10,592 bases of DNA, taken from NCBI GenBank assembly GCA_041492755.1, contig JBGPXN010000159.1, positions 1 through 10,592 on the forward strand, read 5' to 3'. This stretch comes from Candidatus Methylomirabilia bacterium (GTDB lineage: Bacteria; Methylomirabilota; Methylomirabilia; Rokubacteriales; CSP1-6). This document shows positions 6,390 through 10,592 of this stretch, piece by piece; position 1 is the stretch's first letter; the number at the start of each line of letters is the position of its first letter. The notes below the pieces were generated by a model that saw nothing but the letters and a program-made list of their open reading frames with translations, made no database searches and was not told the origin of the DNA. A program made the translations under genes and the position numbers.

Positions 6390-6402
6390 CCGCGGAGGAG
6401 CG

Positions 6403-7557
6403 ATGACCCACGACTTCGATCGCATCGTCGAGCGGCGCGGCACCGACTCCAACAAGTGGCACAAGTTCGGGCCGGACGTGCTGCCGCTGTGGGTGGCCGA
6501 CATGGACTTCCCCTCGCCCGAGCCCGTCATCGAGGCGCTGCGCGCGCGCGTCGAGCACGGCGTGTTCGGCTACCTGCGCGAGGGCTGGCCCGAGCTGGTC
6601 GAGGTGTTCACCGCGCACTGCCGCAAACGCTATGGCTGGGAGGTGCCGCCGGAGGCGATCATCCTCATGCCCGGCGTGAGCCCCGGCAACAACGTCGCCG
6701 CCCGCGTGCTGTGCTCGCGCGGCGACGGGCTCGTCATCCTGACGCCGATCTATCCGCCCATCCTCCGCATTCCCGGGAACCTGGGGCTGGACGCGCGGCT
6801 CGCCGAGCTGGCGCGCCGTGCCGACGGCCGCTACGAGATCGACCCGGCCGCGTTCGAGCGCGTGATCACGCCGCGAACGCGCGCGTTCCTCCTCTGCAAT
6901 CCGCACAACCCGGTGGGCCGCGTCTACACGCGCGCGGAGCTCGGGCGGCTCGCCGAGATCTGTCTGCGGCGGAGGCTGGCCATCATCGCCGACGAGGTCC
7001 ACTGCGACCTCGTGTACTCCGGTCACCACCACGTCCCGATCGCCTCGCTCTCGCCGGAGATCGCCGACCGCACGATCACGCTGATGTCGCCGAGCAAGAC
7101 GTTCAACCTGGCCGGCCTCAAGGCGTCGGTCGCCGTCGTGACGAACCGGACGCTGCGCGAGCAGTTCCTGGCCGCGCGCGCCGACATGGTGCAGATCGGC
7201 AACGTGCTCGGTTACACGGCGATGGTGACCGCCTATCGCGACGGCGGCCCCTGGCACGAGGCGCTCCTGCGCTATCTCGAGGCCAACCGCGACTACCTCG
7301 CCGAGTACGTGGAGCGCCACCTGCCCGGCGTGACGCTGGCGACCCCCGAGGGGACCTACCTCGCGTGGCTCGACTGTCGCGCGACCGGACTGGCGGACCC
7401 GTGGACCTTCCTCCTCGAGCGGGCGAAGGTCGCGCTCAACGACGGCAAGCTCTTCGGCGCGCCCGGGCCCGGCTTCGTACGACTGAACTTCGGCACGCCG
7501 CGCGCGCTCCTCACCGAGGGCCTCCAGCGGATGCGGCGCGCGCTCGACGCGCGCTGA
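6403..7557 (+). CDS. patB: MalY/PatB-family PLP-dependent C-S lyase (cystathionine beta-lyase-like), 384 aa
   Basis: RBS GGAGGAG then ATG 6403. Motifs: FD..VERRGTDSNKW, LPLWVADMDF, LCNPHNPVGRVY, IADEVHCDL, SPSKTFNLAGLK (PLP lysine), EGTYLAWLDCR, GFVRLNFG. Confidence 0.95.
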   Translation: MTHDFDRIVERRGTDSNKWHKFGPDVLPLWVADMDFPSPEPVIEALRARVEHGVFGYLREGWPELVEVFTAHCRKRYGWEVPPEAIILMPGVSPGNNVAARVLCSRGDGLVILTPIYPPILRIPGNLGLDARLAELARRADGRYEIDPAAFERVITPRTRAFLLCNPHNPVGRVYTRAELGRLAEICLRRRLAIIADEVHCDLVYSGHHHVPIASLSPEIADRTITLMSPSKTFNLAGLKASVAVVTNRTLREQFLAARADMVQIGNVLGYTAMVTAYRDGGPWHEALLRYLEANRDYLAEYVERHLPGVTLATPEGTYLAWLDCRATGLADPWTFLLERAKVALNDGKLFGAPGPGFVRLNFGTPRALLTEGLQRMRRALDAR

Positions 7558-7590
7558 CCCCGCCGAGGCAGGGCGTGGCGGGCCGTTCGC

Positions 7591-7824
7591 TTATTCTGAT
7601 TGACCGTCCCCCAGCGTGAACAGGCGCGCCGAGTTGGCGCAACGCGGGCAGGTCGATCGAATGTCCCTGACCTCGATCTTGTCGCTGAGTCGCTCCACCA
7701 GCTCCATCGCCTCAGTCGGTTCTATGGCCAATCGGAGGGCGATGCACGGCAGGCACAGGAAGTGTTCCGCGTGCAGCAGCCTCAGCAGGTCCCTGAGCTC
7801 AGCCATGCTGGGCTCGATGCTCAC
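7591..7824 (-). CDS. Small hypothetical protein with two CxxC motifs (putative Zn-binding); start at 7824 (GTG) or 7806 (ATG)
   Basis: LRDLLRLLHAEHFLCLPCIALRLAIEPTEAMELVERLSDKIEVRDIRSTCPRCANSARLFTL: protein-like composition, with CLPC and CPRC flanking a helical segment. Confidence 0.65.
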   Translation of the reverse strand: MSIEPSMAELRDLLRLLHAEHFLCLPCIALRLAIEPTEAMELVERLSDKIEVRDIRSTCPRCANSARLFTLGDGQSE

Positions 7825-7858
7825 GCCGCGGCAGCGACGAGGGGATCGTCAATCCGAA

Positions 7859-8047
7859 GGCGAGTACAACCCATGGATCATGCCGAGCGCGCTCGACTTC
7901 CTGGTGCGGACGAAGGACAAGTACCCGCTCTCCAAGGTCGTGTCGCACAGCTTCCCGCTCGCCGACGTCAACAAGGCCTTTGCCTTCGCCGAATGGCAGG
8001 GCAAGAGCGCCGGCACCGCGGCCACCCGAGTGATCCTCAAGCCGTGA
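7859..8047 (+). pseudogene. C-terminal ~60 aa remnant of a zinc-binding (MDR) alcohol-dehydrogenase-like protein
   Basis: [61 protein letters not shown] matches the MDR C-terminal pattern (SH.FPL..VN.AF...RV.L.P) with strong GC3 codon bias. Upstream in-frame sequence is only antisense of the CxxC gene. Confidence 0.75.
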
Positions 8048-8935
8048 AGCCGTCGACCTCGCGGCGATCGGGGGCCGTGAACCGCGCGATCGTCTCCAGC
8101 AACGCCGCCTTCCTGACCGGCTTGGACAGGTGCGCGTCGCAGCCAGCTTCCAGGCTCTTCTTCATCTCCTCCGCCCGCGCATAGGCGGTCAGGGCAATGA
8201 CCGGCGTCGGGGCCAGGCCGCGCTCGCGCTCCCATTGGCGGATGGTCCGCGTGGCGGTGTAGCCGTCCATGACCGGCATCTCCATGTCCATGAGATCCCT
8301 CACGATCAGCCGGTTGGTGCCGTTGTCGTCGACGACGAGGACGTCGAGACCGCTGAGGTCCGCCGACCGGGGGCGCATCCCGGCCGACGGCTCGACCTGG
8401 ACGCCGAGCCGTGCCGTGAACGAGAACGTGCTCCCGCATCCGGGCTCGCTCTCGACCGCGATGCGACCGCCCATCAGCCCGACGAGGCGCTCGGAGATCG
8501 TGAGCCCGAGGCCGGTGCCGCCGAACTTCCGGGTGATCGACGGGTCGGCCTGGGTAGTACGCCACTTCTCGGTGATGGACTGCAGAAAATCGCGGCGCTC
8601 GCGGATCTCCTCGTAGAGGCGCGCGTTGCGGAGCGCGATGGCGGTGGCGGCGGCGAACGCCTGGGCGAGGCGGATCTCGTCGTCGTCGAAGACGCGCCCG
8701 GTCGAGTCCCCCACCGACAACGCGCCCAGGTGGTCGCCCTGGATGGTCAGGGGGACGGACAGGACCGAACGATAGCCGGCCCGCTCGATGAGCGCACGGG
8801 CCGGGCGGGTGAGGACGATCCGGCCGTCGGCCAGCCCACGTCGAGCACTTGAGCGAGCAGGCGACTGATCTCGGCGAGCGCCGTCGCCTGTGCTTCGCCG
8901 AGCCCGCGGCCCGGCGTCGCCGCGCCGGGAGTCAT
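8037..8935 (-). pseudogene. Hybrid sensor histidine kinase (GAF ... HATPase_c - REC) collapsed by about three internal deletions
   Basis: ATG 8935 (ATGA overlap): MTPG...[17 protein letters not shown], then a frameshift near 8836 into the GAF C-half (YRSVLSVPL...[34 protein letters not shown]). This joins directly to the HATPase tail [41 protein letters not shown], with no H-box, N-box or G1. Receiver start [17 protein letters not shown] joins directly to [10 protein letters not shown]...IALTAYA...GCDAHLSKP. Confidence 0.88.
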
Positions 8936-10254
8936 CGCGCCGCGGCGCGGGCCAGGCAGGCGCGAACGCGGGCGGCGAGCTGCGGAATCGAGAACGGCTT
9001 GGCGAGATAGTCCGTGGCGCCGACGGCGAAGCCGGCGCCGGTGCTGGACGCATCGCTCTTGACGGTCAGGATCAGGACCGGCAGCTGGGCCGTCTCCGGC
9101 CGCGCGCGCAGCGCCTTCAACACGCCGAAGCCGTCGATCTCCGGGATGTCGAGGTCGAGGACGACGAAGTCCGGGCGCAGCCGGTCCACCATCTCGAGGG
9201 CCTCTCGTCCGTTGCCCGCCTCCATCACCGTGTGCCCATCCCGCGTCAGCGCGCGCGACGCCAGGCGTCGCACGTCCGGGTCGTCGTCCACGATCAGCAC
9301 GCGGAGGCGGTCGGTCGCGCTTGCGAGCGGCGCGCTGTCGATCGTGAACGGCCGGTGCGCGGCCCCCGGCGCGAGATTCACCACGCCGCCCTCGTATGCG
9401 CAGAACACCTCGGTGGCGGCGCCGAGGGTGGCGGCGAGGGCGCGCGCCCGTCGCTCGATCTCGTCGAGGGCGGCATCGTCCCGGTTCGGATCGTGGTGCG
9501 TGAGCGCCAGCCGGCGGACGCCGGCGGCCGCCGCCAGCTCGACGACGTAGTCGTAGGCGCTGTGGCCCCACGTTCTCCGCGCGGGCATCTCCTCGGGCGT
9601 GTACTGCGCATCGTGGATGACGAGGTCGGCGTCGAGCATGAAGTGGGCGTGGCGCCGGTCACCCTCGTGGAGGATCGAGTCGAGGCGGCCGGGGACGCCG
9701 TCGCTCCGCCAGATCGTGTCGGCGTACGGCTCGTGATCGGCGAGATACACGACAGCGACGCCGTCCGCCTCGAGGCGATAGCCGAGGGTGAGCGCCGGAT
9801 GGTGGAGGTACTGCGCGAACACGCGCACGCCCCCGATCTCGTGCGCGCCCGGGGCCAGCTCGTGGTAGCGAATGCGCGCCGGGAGCTGCGCCAGCTCGAC
9901 GGGGAAATAGGTGAACTCCATCTGGCCGGCCAAGGCCTCGTGCAGGGGGTGCTGGCTGTGCCGCGGTCCGTAGATGTCGAACTCGTTGCCGGGCAAGAAG
10001 ATCGGCCGGAAGAACGGGAACCCCTGGATGTGATCCCAGTGCGTGTGACCGAGCAGCAAGTGGCCGCGTGCCGGCGGGCGCGCGCCGCGGAGGAGGTCCA
10101 TCCCGAGAAGGCGGATGCCGGTCCCGCTGTCGAGGATGAAGAGATCGTCCGCGGCGGTTCGGACCTCGACGCACGACGTGTTGCCGCCGAAGCGCGCGGT
10201 ATCAGGGCCCGGCGCGGGGATCGACCCCCGGGTGCCCCAGAATCGTACGCGCAT
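8932..10254 (-). CDS. MBL-fold metallo-hydrolase (putative phosphodiesterase) fused to a C-terminal response-regulator receiver domain, 440 aa
   Basis: [42 protein letters not shown] (HxHxDH), [30 protein letters not shown]...[12 protein letters not shown]...ILT...[10 protein letters not shown]. Confidence 0.93.
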   Translation of the reverse strand: MRVRFWGTRGSIPAPGPDTARFGGNTSCVEVRTAADDLFILDSGTGIRLLGMDLLRGARPPARGHLLLGHTHWDHIQGFPFFRPIFLPGNEFDIYGPRHSQHPLHEALAGQMEFTYFPVELAQLPARIRYHELAPGAHEIGGVRVFAQYLHHPALTLGYRLEADGVAVVYLADHEPYADTIWRSDGVPGRLDSILHEGDRRHAHFMLDADLVIHDAQYTPEEMPARRTWGHSAYDYVVELAAAAGVRRLALTHHDPNRDDAALDEIERRARALAATLGAATEVFCAYEGGVVNLAPGAAHRPFTIDSAPLASATDRLRVLIVDDDPDVRRLASRALTRDGHTVMEAGNGREALEMVDRLRPDFVVLDLDIPEIDGFGVLKALRARPETAQLPVLILTVKSDASSTGAGFAVGATDYLAKPFSIPQLAARVRACLARAAAR

Positions 10255-10267
10255 CAGCCGGAGCCGG

Positions 10268-10573
10268 TCATACCACGGTCACGCGGCCCAAGTAGCTCGC
10301 CAGCTCGTCCGTCCACTTGTGGATGGCCCCCGAGTCGCGGGCTCGGGCGGCGTCCTCCAGGCGGTGCCCGATGTCGGTGATGGCATCGAACCCATAGCCG
10401 CCGCCGCTGCCGCGGAGCTGGTGACCCAGCCGCCGGACCGTCTCCCAGTCCGCCCGTTCCCCGGCCTCGCGCAGCGTTTTCACGTCGTGCCGCCGGTGCT
10501 CGAGGAATGCCGGGACGATGTCCTTCACCTCGGGGTCCACGCGCACGACGATCCGCCCTTCCAGTGGCTCCAC
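10268..10573 (-). CDS. Stand-alone Hpt (histidine phosphotransfer) domain protein, 101 aa
   Basis: IVPAFLEHRRHDV..L......DWETVRRLGHQLRGSGGGYGFDAITDIGHRLEDAA contains the Hpt H-x-L-K/R-G-S signature. An in-frame stop just upstream fixes the GTG start. Confidence 0.92.
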   Translation of the reverse strand: MEPLEGRIVVRVDPEVKDIVPAFLEHRRHDVKTLREAGERADWETVRRLGHQLRGSGGGYGFDAITDIGHRLEDAARARDSGAIHKWTDELASYLGRVTVV

Positions 10574-10581
10574 GGGCCGGA

Positions 10582-10587
10582 ATCATA
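10582..10587 (-). promoter_or_regulatory. -10 element TATGAT, 8 nt upstream of the Hpt GTG (likely leaderless transcript)
   Basis: Minus strand reads GGTATGAT-TCCGGCCC-GTG with no SD between the -10 and the start codon. Confidence 0.5.
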
Positions 10588-10592
10588 CCTCA

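Noticed and set aside
6052..7619. ORFs 6052-7320 (-) and 6363-7619 (+), and the 6064 start for patB
   Set aside because: Shadow or off-frame ORFs over patB. Family homology and the RBS place the real start at 6403.
8890..10380. 496-aa plus-strand ORF
   Set aside because: Antisense to the well-supported MBL-REC gene; no recognisable domain.
1..10592. CRISPR arrays, tRNA/rRNA, IS elements, tandem repeats
   Set aside because: No regularly spaced repeats, cloverleaf, transposase/integrase motifs or terminal inverted repeats found by eye; short GC palindromes are expected at this composition.

Overview
Very GC-rich bacterial window; the gene content is reminiscent of Candidatus Rokubacteria/Methylomirabilota, which is an inference only. 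It has four blocks. (1) 1-1000: the 5' part of a SNF2/SWI2 helicase (missed by the ORF track) preceded by a lower-GC, broken HEPN/DUF4145-like gene, probably the edge of a defence locus. (2) 1099-6149, minus strand: a Crp/Fnr regulator followed by a tightly coupled operon of DUF2249+ScdA_N, DUF1858-like+2xDUF2249, a His-containing polytopic membrane protein, a NirJ/AhbD-like radical SAM/SPASM enzyme fused to DUF59 (SufT-like), and a second radical SAM/SPASM gene. A perfect TATGA-N6-TCATA palindrome sits at about -41.5 of the operon promoter. (3) 6403-8047: a MalY/PatB PLP C-S lyase, a small twin-CxxC protein and an orphan dehydrogenase tail. (4) 8037-10573, minus strand: Hpt protein, MBL-hydrolase+receiver fusion, and a collapsed hybrid histidine kinase. 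About eight abrupt junctions or internal deletions (near 698, 995, 1480, 3513, 7858, 8292, 8560, 8836) cut through otherwise clean genes. They could be real deletional decay or assembly/amplification chimerism. No tRNA, rRNA, CRISPR array or transposase was recognised.
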